A stretch of DNA of 63,974 bases, counting the filler, from Craspedostauros australis (lineage: Eukaryota): assembly GCA_030167865.1 (NCBI GenBank). It is 11 parts of 11 records of this genome, joined end to end, with 100 filler letters (N's around TTAATTAATTAA, not from the genome) between each part and the next. Parts side by side here need not be neighbours in the genome. Positions count along the whole stretch, not along the records: positions 1 to 22,954 come from JALAGF010004321.1; 10 more parts are not named here. One strand, 5' to 3'. Position numbers and translations under genes: made by a program. The notes below the pieces were generated by a model that was not told where the DNA came from, searched no databases, and saw nothing but the letters and a program-made list of their open reading frames with translations. This document shows positions 1-10,861 of this stretch, piece after piece. Positions within the stretch are counted from its first letter, which is position 1. Each line of letters opens with the position of its first letter.

Positions 1-628
1 GAAGGAAACGAGGACAAGAACAAGAACAAGAACGGCACAAGAAAGGAGGAATGATGATCGAGAGAGTGCCAACATCCTCCCCGTGGATCACAGCATGACA
101 CACACTGCGTCGTTCTGTTGACGGATTCCGACACGCGGAACAAGAAGCTGTTGTGGTCGTCATGACACATCCGGGTGATATCGTGTCAAGTTGGTATCTT
201 CAAAACATACAGTCCATGTGGTCGTAGATTCAATGGTTCTTCATTGACCGATTCGATCGAAAATCAGAAACAGGAAAAGTCCAACGCCGATGACGCACAC
301 GCCAACAACAGAAAAACGAACAAATGAATGAAGAAAAGAAGCGGAATAGTCGTGCAACGCAGACACACATCATCGAAACAAACCATCATCAATGGTCTTT
401 GTGCATCGCACCTATTGTACGACCTCAGAGCATCTGACGCATTGCGGGTCGTGTCCTGGTTCGAACATTGGGATCATGCCATGCCTTTCTATCAAAGTGC
501 GCAATGAAGCAACGATCACGCATTACTCACCCATCGCTCACCCATCCACAAATTCTCCATCCATCCATCCATCCATCAACCAAGCCAGGCACCTGAAGGC
601 ATCCTTTCCAACAACTTCCATCGCCGTC

Positions 629-1450
629 ATGATGATCCGCTCCCTCTGCCTTGTGGCCATCATGGGGTGCTCCACAGTTGCATTTGCCCCCGTTGCGACG
701 AATGTTGCGCAAGCCACCCTGCCTTCTGACGTAGTGGACACATCATCGCGACATGTGTCATCAGTTGGACCATTGCGCATGTCGTCTGCATCCACAACGA
801 AGCCACAGAACACGGTCATGTCTCGACGGCGAGAACTTCTGTCACGCGACGGACCCTACTTTGCGTTGGAACGACGCAAGGGCGACATCAAGTTCGGTGC
901 CACCGCGGCGTTGGTAACCGAACTTCGGGACGAGGCCGACCGAGAATCCATCGTGGAGTGGCTCAAGGATGAGAGGTCGTTGGCCATGTCCATCTGGGAT
1001 GAAGATCTGACGACGGAGTTGGGGAATTCCATCTACCGGCTACGCACCATGAATTTGCAGTTCGTCACGCTGAAGCTCGCGCCCACCGTCGACATCAAGA
1101 TGTGGACCGGATTGGTTCGGAACGATCCCAACCTGCCGGTGTTTGCGTTGCAATCCGTCGCATTCGATCCCCAAGTCGAGATTCTCCCAGGCATGTCGAT
1201 ATCTCCGGAGGCATTGGGAATTGAGATTGAGGTGGTCGGTGAGCTACGCGCGTCTGATGACGGGAAGGGCTTGACGGGGAAGATATCGTTCGAATCAGGT
1301 GGCAAGCTCCCCGCTCCAATGAGGCTGCTTCCGGAGGGTGTGCTGAATGCAGCGACGGCCACCATCAACCAGACGGTCGTCAACTTCGCCATCAAGAGTT
1401 TCGAGAAAGGGGCGATTGCGAAGTATCAAGAGCACCTCGAATCGAAATGA
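629..1450 (+). CDS. Plastid-targeted DUF1997-like (START/SRPBCC-like) protein
   Basis: ATG at 629 gives a signal peptide ending in VAFAP (ASAFAP-type motif) followed by a Ser/Thr/Arg-rich transit peptide. The mature part (YRLRTMNLQFVTLKLAPTVD...LPAPMRLLPEGVLNAATATINQTV) resembles DUF1997 proteins. Confidence 0.65.
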   Translation: MMIRSLCLVAIMGCSTVAFAPVATNVAQATLPSDVVDTSSRHVSSVGPLRMSSASTTKPQNTVMSRRRELLSRDGPYFALERRKGDIKFGATAALVTELRDEADRESIVEWLKDERSLAMSIWDEDLTTELGNSIYRLRTMNLQFVTLKLAPTVDIKMWTGLVRNDPNLPVFALQSVAFDPQVEILPGMSISPEALGIEIEVVGELRASDDGKGLTGKISFESGGKLPAPMRLLPEGVLNAATATINQTVVNFAIKSFEKGAIAKYQEHLESK

Positions 1451-1680
1451 ATTTCAAAGCACTCTCTCGGGAGGGAGGGAGAGTCGTCGAACGATCGACC
1501 AATACGAATAATCTAAGCAAGCACCCTACTCTAAAGCAGATGAAATAGCCAGCTCAAAAGAGTAGAGATGTTGAATCGATCGATGGAAATATTAGGAATG
1601 CTTCAGTCGTAGCTTTAGTTGCAACATTCTTTATTCGTGTTGATGTACTTCTTTCTTCAACAGCGTTGGGGTGGATGTGT

Positions 1681-2886
1681 TCAAAAGTACAGGGCCTGCC
1701 CATCATATGCCAACTGGATATCAATGTCTTGCTCCCGTTGCAACTTGGCATTCATCTCGTCATGCGGCAGGAAGGCATCGCAGCTCATGCCCACGAGAAA
1801 TGTCTTCTTGGCGTTTATTTGCTTGGCGGTCTCGATGGATTGCTTCAGCGTGAAATGGACTGGATGGCTGTCGCCATGGAGCAAGAGCGCATCGACGATC
1901 AGAATGTCCGTGGGCGGGAGCTCGTTGTGGATGTACTCCAATGTCTCAGGCACCATCTGGGAGATGTCGGAAAGGTAGACGATATTGGTAGCTTCGCCAG
2001 ATTTGGATTTGAGGGAGAATGAAAACCCGTAGCTGATTAGGTCGGCGCCGTGCCACACAGGCAGCGGTGTGATCTCAAACCCTGCCGCCGTGAATGGTTT
2101 GAATGCCTCAAATACGCTGACACCGAGACTGGCAACGTGACGTTTGACGGTCGGATTGTTGTCATTGTTTTCCTTGTCTTCCTTCGTCGGTGCTTGATGA
2201 TTGGGGAACAACCACGTGAAACGTCCCGCAACATCTTCGAGACAGTGCTGCGATAGATGTACTGGAATGGCATGGCTGTCGGATTTTTCCTTGCCGGTGT
2301 GTCCTTGGAATCCACGAACGTCATCCAGACCACCAGCCGCATCCATGTGCTCGTGCGTGAGCACAATGGCATCCAGACTCTGCACTCGGTGTTCTGGGAA
2401 CCATCGCAACGCGCCTTCGCGGAAGGTCTTGCCGACGTCAAAGATGACGTGCTTCCAAACAGCGTTATTGCTGCTGCTGCTGTTGTCAGCATCGCTGTCA
2501 GCATGAATGTGACTGAGAAGCAGAGAGGGGTTGTTTCTGTAGTTCTTGTTGGTTTTGGGGTCCCCTTGGCTCGCCAACCGCGAGACATCACACCGATTGG
2601 CGTAGAATTCGCGAACCGCGTCGTTTGCGGTTCCCGATGGAGAACCTTTGGACGGCGTTGACGACGACGGCGGAAACAGCATAGGACACAGCGGGCGTGG
2701 ACATCCCGTGGAACTGCCTGTCCCCAAGAAGAGCAATCTCGATTGAGCATCAGCCTCATGCTTCTCGCCGACATTGCCCTTGTCCGCAGTTGCACCAGTA
2801 GCAGCATCAGCAGCATCACATCTTGTCTTGGTCGCAACGAACGTGCCGACAGAGGCCGCAGCCATTCGTCGAAGGTAGGTCGTCAT
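1681..2886 (-). CDS. Metallo-beta-lactamase-fold hydrolase (PhnP/Lactamase_B_2-like)
   Basis: LLFLGTGSSTGCP, NYRNNPSLL, IFDVGKTF, THEHMDAAGGLDD, VWHG, YLSD, HPVHF and LAYDG are the ordered MBL motifs. Start placed at MTTYLRR (ATG 2886). Confidence 0.9.
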   Translation of the reverse strand: MTTYLRRMAAASVGTFVATKTRCDAADAATGATADKGNVGEKHEADAQSRLLFLGTGSSTGCPRPLCPMLFPPSSSTPSKGSPSGTANDAVREFYANRCDVSRLASQGDPKTNKNYRNNPSLLLSHIHADSDADNSSSSNNAVWKHVIFDVGKTFREGALRWFPEHRVQSLDAIVLTHEHMDAAGGLDDVRGFQGHTGKEKSDSHAIPVHLSQHCLEDVAGRFTWLFPNHQAPTKEDKENNDNNPTVKRHVASLGVSVFEAFKPFTAAGFEITPLPVWHGADLISYGFSFSLKSKSGEATNIVYLSDISQMVPETLEYIHNELPPTDILIVDALLLHGDSHPVHFTLKQSIETAKQINAKKTFLVGMSCDAFLPHDEMNAKLQREQDIDIQLAYDGQALYF

Positions 2887-3588
2887 CGGTCGTCGTTCCC
2901 TCTCGATGTTTTGTTGTGTCCTGTTCTTGCCTTTCCTTGTTCTGACGCCGTCGGCTATGCAGCTCGTGCTCGACTTGATCACCCACGAGTGCGAGTATGA
3001 GATCTTAGTCTTGTCTTGCGGCACGAACACAGCCGAATGGCGATGATCCAAAGCTGGTGATCCACGGTGATGCACAACGACCAAGATAGTTTCGGAAATC
3101 TTGGTCGTGACTTGTGCGTTCATCGGTTTCCCAGTCGTGGTTTGATACCAACGGCCTCAGTCACGACCAGGTCTGAACACCAGATGGAACGACGGACAGA
3201 CTTGTGTTGAACGATTTCGCCGAAAACAAGTTTCTCCGTTCAAAATTGGTGGCGAGGGACGCAGGTACAGACGCTGCTGTCGCGTGTCCGTTCGCGTTGT
3301 CGTTGTTCCTTGTTTCCCTTGGTGTCAACAATTTGAAACCGAATGTTCAGCTGCCTGCAGACCAGCGTGTTGCCGTTCGGAATGATCGCCTGCGCGGCTT
3401 CGTTATCGGTGTCATTGGTGACGCCAGCAACTCTCTTCCCGTGCTTTTCGCTTGCATCGCTCACAAACAACCTCCGTTGATTCCCTCACAACATTTGTCT
3501 CTCCACCATCCACAGCAGCATCAACCACAAGCGCCTCCTACCAATACCCACACCATCTCGCAACCTACCTACCCTATCCATTGCCACC

Positions 3589-4551
3589 ATGCGTTACACG
3601 CCGCTGCTTCAAGCAGAGCACCAGCCTGAAAGCTCAACTGCCCTCAACCTGGAAGCCAATCACATCGAACTCACGGATCCTCATGATTCTCACAGCAACG
3701 GAAACGGAAGCGTCCCATTGCAGAATCAGCATCAACAGCAAAATGCATCATCTCCTGAGCAGCAAGGCCGCCGCAACGGCGACAATGATGGACTGAATCA
3801 GAAACGAATCTTTGCGCTGGATTCCAGCATTCTGAAGATCACCATTCTCTCCAGCCTCCAGACGGACACTGACAGCGATGCCAGCAGCCGGAGTAACAAC
3901 GGTAACAGTGGCAGTGGCGGAGATGTCAAGACAACCGCCGCCTCAGTCAACACCAACTACAGCAACAGCGACAGTCGCAGGACGAACCATCGCAACAATG
4001 CGGAACACCATAGCCCATGCTGCTGCCGCTCGGTCTTCAATTCCTTGCTTGCCACGACATGGCGTCACTGGGTTGGCGTGTCCATCAGCGTACTGCCCCT
4101 CCTCATCTTTGCGGTGAGAGCATCCACGCATCGGTGGCGTCCAAATCAGGTATTCCCCGCAGATTTCGCGATCATCGCAGCGACCTGCGCGGGGCTGGGC
4201 GCCGTCCTCTTTGGTTCCGTAGACTACTACGACGATAGATACTGGCTTGCACGATTCATGGGCGGCACAACATCCTCCATCTCCGCCTTGTGCATCATGA
4301 TCATCGTCCTCAGTTCCATATCGCACGAGGCGGACACCAATGTTGCTCCGTTCTTGCTCGTTGGAATCCTGGGAGTTATGCCTGGTATCGTCGTCTACTA
4401 CCTGATACGGATCATGAGCGACGAATGCTGCAGAGAACGATCCCTGTGGGCGGAACCTGACGACAACGATGAGGAAGTGAACTATGGGACGATGTACCGG
4501 CCACTGACGGATGGGACGGAAGTGCACAAACTGGATCTGGATGTGGCATGA
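3589..4551 (+). CDS. Hypothetical membrane protein, 4 predicted TM helices
   Basis: 320-aa ORF with a low-complexity N-terminus and four hydrophobic segments (WVGVSISVLPLLIFAV, FAIIAATCAGLGAVLFG, ISALCIMIIVLSSI, FLLVGILGVMPGIVVYYLI). Confidence 0.7.
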   Translation: MRYTPLLQAEHQPESSTALNLEANHIELTDPHDSHSNGNGSVPLQNQHQQQNASSPEQQGRRNGDNDGLNQKRIFALDSSILKITILSSLQTDTDSDASSRSNNGNSGSGGDVKTTAASVNTNYSNSDSRRTNHRNNAEHHSPCCCRSVFNSLLATTWRHWVGVSISVLPLLIFAVRASTHRWRPNQVFPADFAIIAATCAGLGAVLFGSVDYYDDRYWLARFMGGTTSSISALCIMIIVLSSISHEADTNVAPFLLVGILGVMPGIVVYYLIRIMSDECCRERSLWAEPDDNDEEVNYGTMYRPLTDGTEVHKLDLDVA

Positions 4552-4983
4552 ATCAGTATGCATGGACAACGGATACCCGCATTAGTTCGCCATGGCGAGC
4601 AAGACATACACTCAAGCCTTTCTGCTCGTAGAGAGACATCATTGTCTTTCCATTGTATGATAGTCGCAAAGTCCAGCCATATCAAGTACGACCATCGCAG
4701 TGTACTGATGCAGACAATAATCTAGCAATCGAATACATGATACCAACCAGACAAACAACCAAGAAAGCAACCCGGTTCATTTGTACTGTGCATTGCGATG
4801 ACGAAAACGATGCTCTATATCCTTTGATGTACCTATACATTCTCTAGAGAGAGATTTTGCTGCAGTATCAACCTTGATCTTTACGACGTTATTGTGAAGC
4901 AAAAATAGTACCAATTCATGTCATTTGGACGAGCCTGCCACCGTCCCGTACAAGTACATCTACCAAGGGGGATAATGCTGACG

Positions 4984-7900
4984 CTATCTTTGTGGTGGCG
5001 GTGGCGGGGGTGGCGGCAAAAATGACCCGTTTTGAGCTGGAGGAGGCGGCGGTGGTGGGGGTGGCAGGAAGGATGGAGTTCCAGCCGTTGTAGTGGGCTG
5101 TTGAGGACGCATTGCAGGTGGCTGAGAGTAAAATGAAGAAACCGGTGCAGCTGCTTGTGGCGGACGCGGAGGGGGCCGTTGCTGCTGTTGTTGTTGTTGT
5201 ATCGGAGTTGTTGTTGCTGCCGCTGCTGTTGCCGGATTATACATTGGAGGCGGTGTCATCATCTGCACGGGTGGTGGTGCCAACGCGGTCTGCTGGATTT
5301 GTGGTGCCACAGTTGCTGCTGTTGGTGCTGCCATCATTGTTGGTGGCGGTGCTCTCGATGAAGCAGCAGGTTGCATGTTCGGTGCTGTGCTGGATGCGGC
5401 ATTCATCGTATCCCTAGATTCATCCATCGTTGGTGGTGCCACTTCTGAGGGTTTGGGTTGGAGACTCGTCACCATGCGAGCAATCGCATCCTTGCGAAAG
5501 TCCACACGCAACTTCATGGCACGTTCCAATTCCTCCAACGTCAAAATCGATGTGGCTTGGTACAAAGACCAATCCGATGGGCGTTCCAGTTGCAGCACCG
5601 TGACGACCTGCAGCAACCGCTCCCACTGCGACAAGTGTCCAATCGCCACCTGTTGCGTGTCATCGTCATGGATATCGCTGATCGACGATGCTGCTTTCTG
5701 CATCGCCTTTCCCAGGTAGGATTGCAGGAGGCGAACCTGCTTGGCAAAGAGCATCGCGCCCCAATCAGTGAATTGCTTTGGTGGGATGGCGTGGTTGTGC
5801 GAAGTCACTTGGATGCAATCCAGGAACAACTCGACGAGCGACGAGGCGAGTTCGGAGCAGATGGCTGTGAGGATAGAGGCATCACACCTATCCAAGTTCT
5901 TGAGCAGTATCGAGTGTTGTATTGGATGGAGTAGGATCTTTTCCAGGCGCGCATCGTCTTCGGCCGCAGCCAAAGCATTGGTGTCGAAGATGTCGTACTG
6001 CTCGCGTTCCATGGTGTACCGGATAACGGGAAGACAGAATGAACCCTTGTACACTGCAGCGTCCGACGGTTTGCCGCACCACTCCACAACAATACGCTGC
6101 ACCGATGATTCCATGAGCTGCTGGTATGTCTTGCTATACCTGGCCAGCTCTTCGCGTGCAAGTTGGATCATGTTATTGGTGCCACTGCGTTTGGATTTGC
6201 GTTGGTCGTCTCGTGCACCATCATCATTTCCATTCGCGCCATTGTTGCCGCCGTCGTCGCTGTCATGATCATCTTCTTCTTCCAGCAACGAATCCAGCAG
6301 CTTCACGAGTCCGATGCATGCGGTGGATGCCGAGTGAATTCCATTCAATGAACACAAGGTGGTTTCCAGCCGCATTTGCTGCATCTTCTCTGACGCGCCC
6401 GTCATGCCGAACGAGGACAGTGCGCTGAGCAGGTTGCCAGATGATGGAGCGCTTGATGGTTTGCTCCCGCTCGACGCTGTTGATATGGATGATTTGCTTT
6501 TGAGCGCGGCCGCGCGATTCTTCTTCTTGTCTCGACCATCATCTCGCAGCGCCCCCATCAAAGCTGCTGCGAATCCACCGCTGCGCGGGGGTGTCTTCTC
6601 CTCGACGTCATCGTTGGATCGGGCATTGTTCGCAGCATCGTTCGTGTTGTTTGCACCGTCGCCATGATCATCGTTGATGCTCTCGGCGAAGCATCCTTTC
6701 TGTTCGATCAGAGCCTGATACACTCCGCCACCGCCCTGCACTATGTCCGTGGACCAAACATAGGTGGAAAGGCTGTGCGCCACAGTCCCAATGGCCTGAT
6801 CGGAACGCGTGGAGGCGGCACGTTCGAGCGACTTGGTGGACAGGTACTGCGCGTCTTCCACGACGGATGGCACTTGGATGTTGGTTCCAACGACGATGGA
6901 AACAGGATTGGCCAACAGCAATGCCGACTGCCACTGCTGCATCGCCAAGTAGCGTTCGAGCAGGGCGTATTTCCAGGTCCATTCGGGCTGCACGTCCCTC
7001 GACAACACAGTCAGCTGCGTGGACGTCTGATCCTCGATCAAGGCCAGATAACGCGCCACGAGCTGTCCGATGAAGGCCATCTCTTCGACCGTTTGATCCA
7101 GATCGTCCAGATCGATGACACTGCTGGGATCTTGCGGTTTCAAGGTCTCCGCCTGCTGCAATTGCGCATCAAAGGCAGAGCTTTTGACCATCCAATCGTC
7201 GATGGATTTGTCCTCGTAGAACCACGTGGTGACAGTCCGCGTCAATGTCTGAGCCTGCTCGTCCAGCACGTCGATCGTCTTATCACACATCTCGTAGATG
7301 AAATGAACATCCTCATCCTCATCTGCATTGCCATTGCCATTGTGGCTGTCACTATTGCTCGCAGACGGTGGCGCCGGCACGCTGGATCTCCACATGAGCA
7401 ACGGATGGATCAATGCGCTGGCTTGTCCCAAGATGACGGTCGCCACATGCACGTGCGAGGATGTCGTGTAAGGGTCGTCGTCATCGTCCATGTCATCGTC
7501 GTCATGGTGCGCGTTGGCGAAGGAATGCATCGCCGACTCCTTCTGCTGCTGTCGATACTCCACCAACCGAGCGATCGCGTATTTGGCACGCTGGCGCAGC
7601 ACCAGCCTTTGGTAGGATTGGTACGACGCGATGATCTGATCGATTCTCTCCTTGCGTTGCTGGGTGTTGTTCGGCTTGTCGGGATTGGACGGGTCCAGCA
7701 TGAGATGAAATTGGAGCTCCACAATCCTTGCCACGGCCGCCTGACAGTCCCGCTCCAACGCAGCATCGTGCGCAGGTGGCGGCGTGGAGGACGTGGGGTC
7801 CTTGGCTGGGTGGTCATCCAATTCCGGCTTTTGCAAGGCATGGTCCATGACGAGCTTGGCGGCCGCCACGACCTTTCGGAACACGAGGTTGAACATGTCG

Positions 7901-8175
7901 GCGTGGATGGCGGCATCTCCATCCGCGCCGTTTGCAGCGGATGGCAGCTCCACGAAGAGGGAATGCAGACATGCCTCGAGCTCGTGCTTCCAGAACAGCA
8001 CAGCCTTGGCCGTGATGTCATCCGTTTTCGTGACGCTTTGCCGCAGCTCTTCCGTGGCCATCAGCAACGACGAGATCACCTCTTGGAAAGACTGCGGCGA
8101 GTCATGCGATTGGTGCTGCGGCAGCTGCTGCTGGTGCCCGTTGTGACTGCCATCGTGTCTTTCCTGCGACTCCAT
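4984..8175 (-). CDS. COG4: Conserved oligomeric Golgi complex subunit 4-like protein with Pro/Gln-rich tail
   Basis: SVVEDAQYLSTKSLERAAST and KQFTDWGAMLFAKQVRLLQSYL...WERLLQVVTVLQLE...LTLEELERAMKLRVDFRKDAI match the COG4 C-terminal pattern. First ATG is at 8175 (MESQERH). Confidence 0.8.
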   Translation of the reverse strand: MESQERHDGSHNGHQQQLPQHQSHDSPQSFQEVISSLLMATEELRQSVTKTDDITAKAVLFWKHELEACLHSLFVELPSAANGADGDAAIHADMFNLVFRKVVAAAKLVMDHALQKPELDDHPAKDPTSSTPPPAHDAALERDCQAAVARIVELQFHLMLDPSNPDKPNNTQQRKERIDQIIASYQSYQRLVLRQRAKYAIARLVEYRQQQKESAMHSFANAHHDDDDMDDDDDPYTTSSHVHVATVILGQASALIHPLLMWRSSVPAPPSASNSDSHNGNGNADEDEDVHFIYEMCDKTIDVLDEQAQTLTRTVTTWFYEDKSIDDWMVKSSAFDAQLQQAETLKPQDPSSVIDLDDLDQTVEEMAFIGQLVARYLALIEDQTSTQLTVLSRDVQPEWTWKYALLERYLAMQQWQSALLLANPVSIVVGTNIQVPSVVEDAQYLSTKSLERAASTRSDQAIGTVAHSLSTYVWSTDIVQGGGGVYQALIEQKGCFAESINDDHGDGANNTNDAANNARSNDDVEEKTPPRSGGFAAALMGALRDDGRDKKKNRAAALKSKSSISTASSGSKPSSAPSSGNLLSALSSFGMTGASEKMQQMRLETTLCSLNGIHSASTACIGLVKLLDSLLEEEDDHDSDDGGNNGANGNDDGARDDQRKSKRSGTNNMIQLAREELARYSKTYQQLMESSVQRIVVEWCGKPSDAAVYKGSFCLPVIRYTMEREQYDIFDTNALAAAEDDARLEKILLHPIQHSILLKNLDRCDASILTAICSELASSLVELFLDCIQVTSHNHAIPPKQFTDWGAMLFAKQVRLLQSYLGKAMQKAASSISDIHDDDTQQVAIGHLSQWERLLQVVTVLQLERPSDWSLYQATSILTLEELERAMKLRVDFRKDAIARMVTSLQPKPSEVAPPTMDESRDTMNAASSTAPNMQPAASSRAPPPTMMAAPTAATVAPQIQQTALAPPPVQMMTPPPMYNPATAAAATTTPIQQQQQQQRPPPRPPQAAAPVSSFYSQPPAMRPQQPTTTAGTPSFLPPPPPPPPPAQNGSFLPPPPPPPPQR

Positions 8176-8499
8176 CCTGCTTCCCAAGCACTCTCCACGA
8201 GTTCGAGCGCGACTACGTATGAGAGTACGACCTCGAGTACTACTCGTTTGATTGCAGTGCTCTCGTGACCTTGCGCAGCCTCAATTCTATTCCTATCATG
8301 CGTAGCTCGCACGAAGGCGCACTGGTGGAAGTTTTTGACGGCGAGAGAAGGAGCCCAATGCTGAGGCGGAGCATCGCACGAAGCCGATCTGTCAAGAACA
8401 CGAAGCACCTGTTTGGTCTTGTGCTTCCTGTTCACCTTGGTCTTGCCTCCAAGAATCGTGTGTTTTTCGTCTTTTTCGTTTCTGTCGTTGTTCCACCAA

Positions 8500-8548
8500 T
8501 GACGTCATGTATGACTCATCATTCACGGACATGGAAACATGATGACGT
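8500..8548. promoter_or_regulatory. Cluster of bZIP-type sites in the divergent COG4/carrier promoter
   Basis: TGACGTCA at 8500-8507 (overlapping CCAAT), TGACTCA at 8512-8518 and TGACGT at 8543-8548. Confidence 0.35.
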
Positions 8549-9143
8549 TGTCACGAATGCGAACTTCCATTTGTAGTCCATGTGGTCGTGTGTTTGTAGA
8601 CGTGGACCAATCATGTGTGTGACAAATACGGTGTTGAAGATTTATCGTGGATGTTGCTGGCTTTTCGTCAATCGCCATCTCAATCGCTCTTGCGACTTTC
8701 GCCGCGTGGTTGTTTGGTCTCTTGCTTGTTCTTGTTTGCGCTGCTCTTGTGCATACGATGACGAAAGGGGAGAACAAAGGCACGAGAGCCACAAGAGCGA
8801 CAGGGTTGACTTCGTTCCGTACGATTCGCTCCTCCTCACTGAGAGTTGCAGAAAGCGGCGGAAAGAGGAGTGCGTGTCGTGCCTCAACAACATCGAGGCG
8901 CACAGTATCCAAACCCACGCAGTGATCGCTTCTTGTCATCATTGTCAGCATCATCGTCATCGTCAGCGCCATCGTCAGCGCCATCGTCATCGTCACATTT
9001 GGAACGGCATTCGTATCCCAAACCGCAAGGGCAGCGTCCTGAGTCTCAACCACAAACACAGTGGCAAGAGCAAAGCAAACGAGCACAGGAGCTTGGAGGA
9101 GCTCACGAGGAGCAGGGGAGAGCAACAGCGGGGAGCATTGAAG

Positions 9144-10649
9144 ATGAGACAACCAGCCAGCAATGACATGGCGCGAAGGAAGGCGTTGGCAGATGCCATC
9201 GCGGGCGTCACGGGCTCCGTCTTGGCGCTGTGGGCGTTCTACCCCATCGAGGTCATCAAGACCAACGCTCAGGCTGGGCCGCCGACGCCAACCAAGAAGA
9301 TGAGCAAGCGCAGCCGCAGCGGCAGCCTCTTGTCAGGCATCGAAGTCAAGACGCTGCACACCACGTTCTCCTCCTTCGCCTACTTCTACATCTACTCCCT
9401 CATCGTTCAGACCTGGAAGAGAAGGCAGCGTGTCAGAGGCCGTCCGGAGCGTGTTTCAGCTCCCGCGCGGCTTCTGCTTTCCGCTCTTTCGGCCATGGCC
9501 AACACCATGCTCACTCTGCCGCTGGACGTCATGGCGGCCAACAGGATCACAGGAGGCAGCCGGCGCGGCCGTCGACATGCCAGAAGCAACCAAGCCACAA
9601 GATCAAGCAACAACAGTCGCGGCATGACCGACTGCGCTGCCAACGATACGCGCAGCGTGAGCGAGGTCTCCGAACTGTACTACGACTGCGACCACGGCCT
9701 TCAGGAGGAAAAGTACGCTGATAGCGAACCCCGAGATTCCGGCGATGAGAACAACGCAAGCGATACGTTCCAGAGCGATGGCTATGCCTCCGGCGATCCC
9801 ATTGATGACGACGATGATAAAACGGAGCAGACGACAAACGTGCATCATGCGGAGATGGATCAGGTCTGGGATCAGCTCGAACGCGACGCTGCGACCAATC
9901 ATCACTTTTCGAAAGATGATTTCTTCCCGCTATCGCCCAAAACGATGAACCGCAAGCGATTGGAGGGCCGCAGCGCCTCGTCCTTCGAGGATGAGAAGAA
10001 GGAGGAGCCCACCATTGAGATCACAGCAGATTTCGCGCAGATCCGGCGCCAGTCTCGTGCGAGTCGATCGACCGCGCGGCAGCGCCGAGTCCGCCGATCA
10101 TCACGGTCGTCATATGCCTCGTCCGCTTCACGTGCATCGTCGTCGCCATCATCATCCTACAAAATCGCATCGCTGTGGAAGGGATTGACGCCGTCCCTCA
10201 TGCTCTGCACCAACCCGGCCATCAATTACACGGTCTACGACGCGGCCAAGTCGGCTTGGTTGGAATCGATGACACACGATGGGACTGCGGCATCCACCAT
10301 CGCCGCATCAAGCACGGCCCGACTTTCCATGGGACAGGCCTTCCTGCTGGGTCTGTTCTCCAAATTCGTGGCGACGATCGCCACCTATCCCCTCATCCGT
10401 GCCAAAGTCATGCTCATGGTCACCTCGTCCACGTCGTTGCCCTTGCGGTCGTCGTCGTCATGCGCGCGCAAGCAACAGTTGACGCTGTGGGAATGTCTCA
10501 AACGGTGTTTCTTGGAGCAGGGAGGCGTGCGGGGACTCTACAAGGGCTCGCAGTGGCAACTCTTGCACACTGCGTTGAAGAGCGCGCTCATGATGATGAT
10601 CAAGGAGCGCATTTCTGTCATATCCCATCAAGTCTTGGTCGGAAGCTAG
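9144..10649 (+). CDS. Mitochondrial-carrier-family protein, peroxisomal PMP34/ANT1-like, with long acidic insert
   Basis: Three carrier signatures (YPIEVIKT, LPLDVMAANR, YPLIRAK) plus SLWKGLTPSLMLCTNPAINYTVYD and GLYKG. Start at ATG 9144 or 9168. Confidence 0.85.
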   Translation: MRQPASNDMARRKALADAIAGVTGSVLALWAFYPIEVIKTNAQAGPPTPTKKMSKRSRSGSLLSGIEVKTLHTTFSSFAYFYIYSLIVQTWKRRQRVRGRPERVSAPARLLLSALSAMANTMLTLPLDVMAANRITGGSRRGRRHARSNQATRSSNNSRGMTDCAANDTRSVSEVSELYYDCDHGLQEEKYADSEPRDSGDENNASDTFQSDGYASGDPIDDDDDKTEQTTNVHHAEMDQVWDQLERDAATNHHFSKDDFFPLSPKTMNRKRLEGRSASSFEDEKKEEPTIEITADFAQIRRQSRASRSTARQRRVRRSSRSSYASSASRASSSPSSSYKIASLWKGLTPSLMLCTNPAINYTVYDAAKSAWLESMTHDGTAASTIAASSTARLSMGQAFLLGLFSKFVATIATYPLIRAKVMLMVTSSTSLPLRSSSSCARKQQLTLWECLKRCFLEQGGVRGLYKGSQWQLLHTALKSALMMMIKERISVISHQVLVGS

Positions 10650-10861
10650 ATACGAGTACATAGAGTACTCTACTCCAGAGAAAATTAAAGGACATAATGC
10701 TATAATCCATGAACGCATGTACTGAGCACTGGGAATGGAGCAGAGTTGAGCAACATCGATGAATCAAGCGAAATTCCTGCACTATGACCACGCTAGTGCT
10801 ATATGATACTCGTCGTGTTGGAGCACACCAGTCCACCCCAGCCACTTCTCCACTTGCCGCC

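Noticed and set aside
2330..2362. HEHMDA instead of HxHxDH as a sign of an inactive MBL enzyme
   Set aside because: To my knowledge HxHxDA is usual in this eukaryotic PhnP-like subfamily, and the other metal ligands are present.
6664..8268. 534-aa plus-strand ORF (and similar ORFs at 10784-11956, 12265-13227, 13851-14783, 30932-31765)
   Set aside because: They are antisense shadows of well-supported genes, expected from biased codon usage, and show no motifs of their own.
8580..9143. N-terminal Cys/His-rich extension (HRHRQRH) of the carrier as a metal-binding domain
   Set aside because: It starts at a weak upstream codon in promoter-like DNA and derives from a catcgt microsatellite. Carrier homology begins only after ATG 9144/9168.
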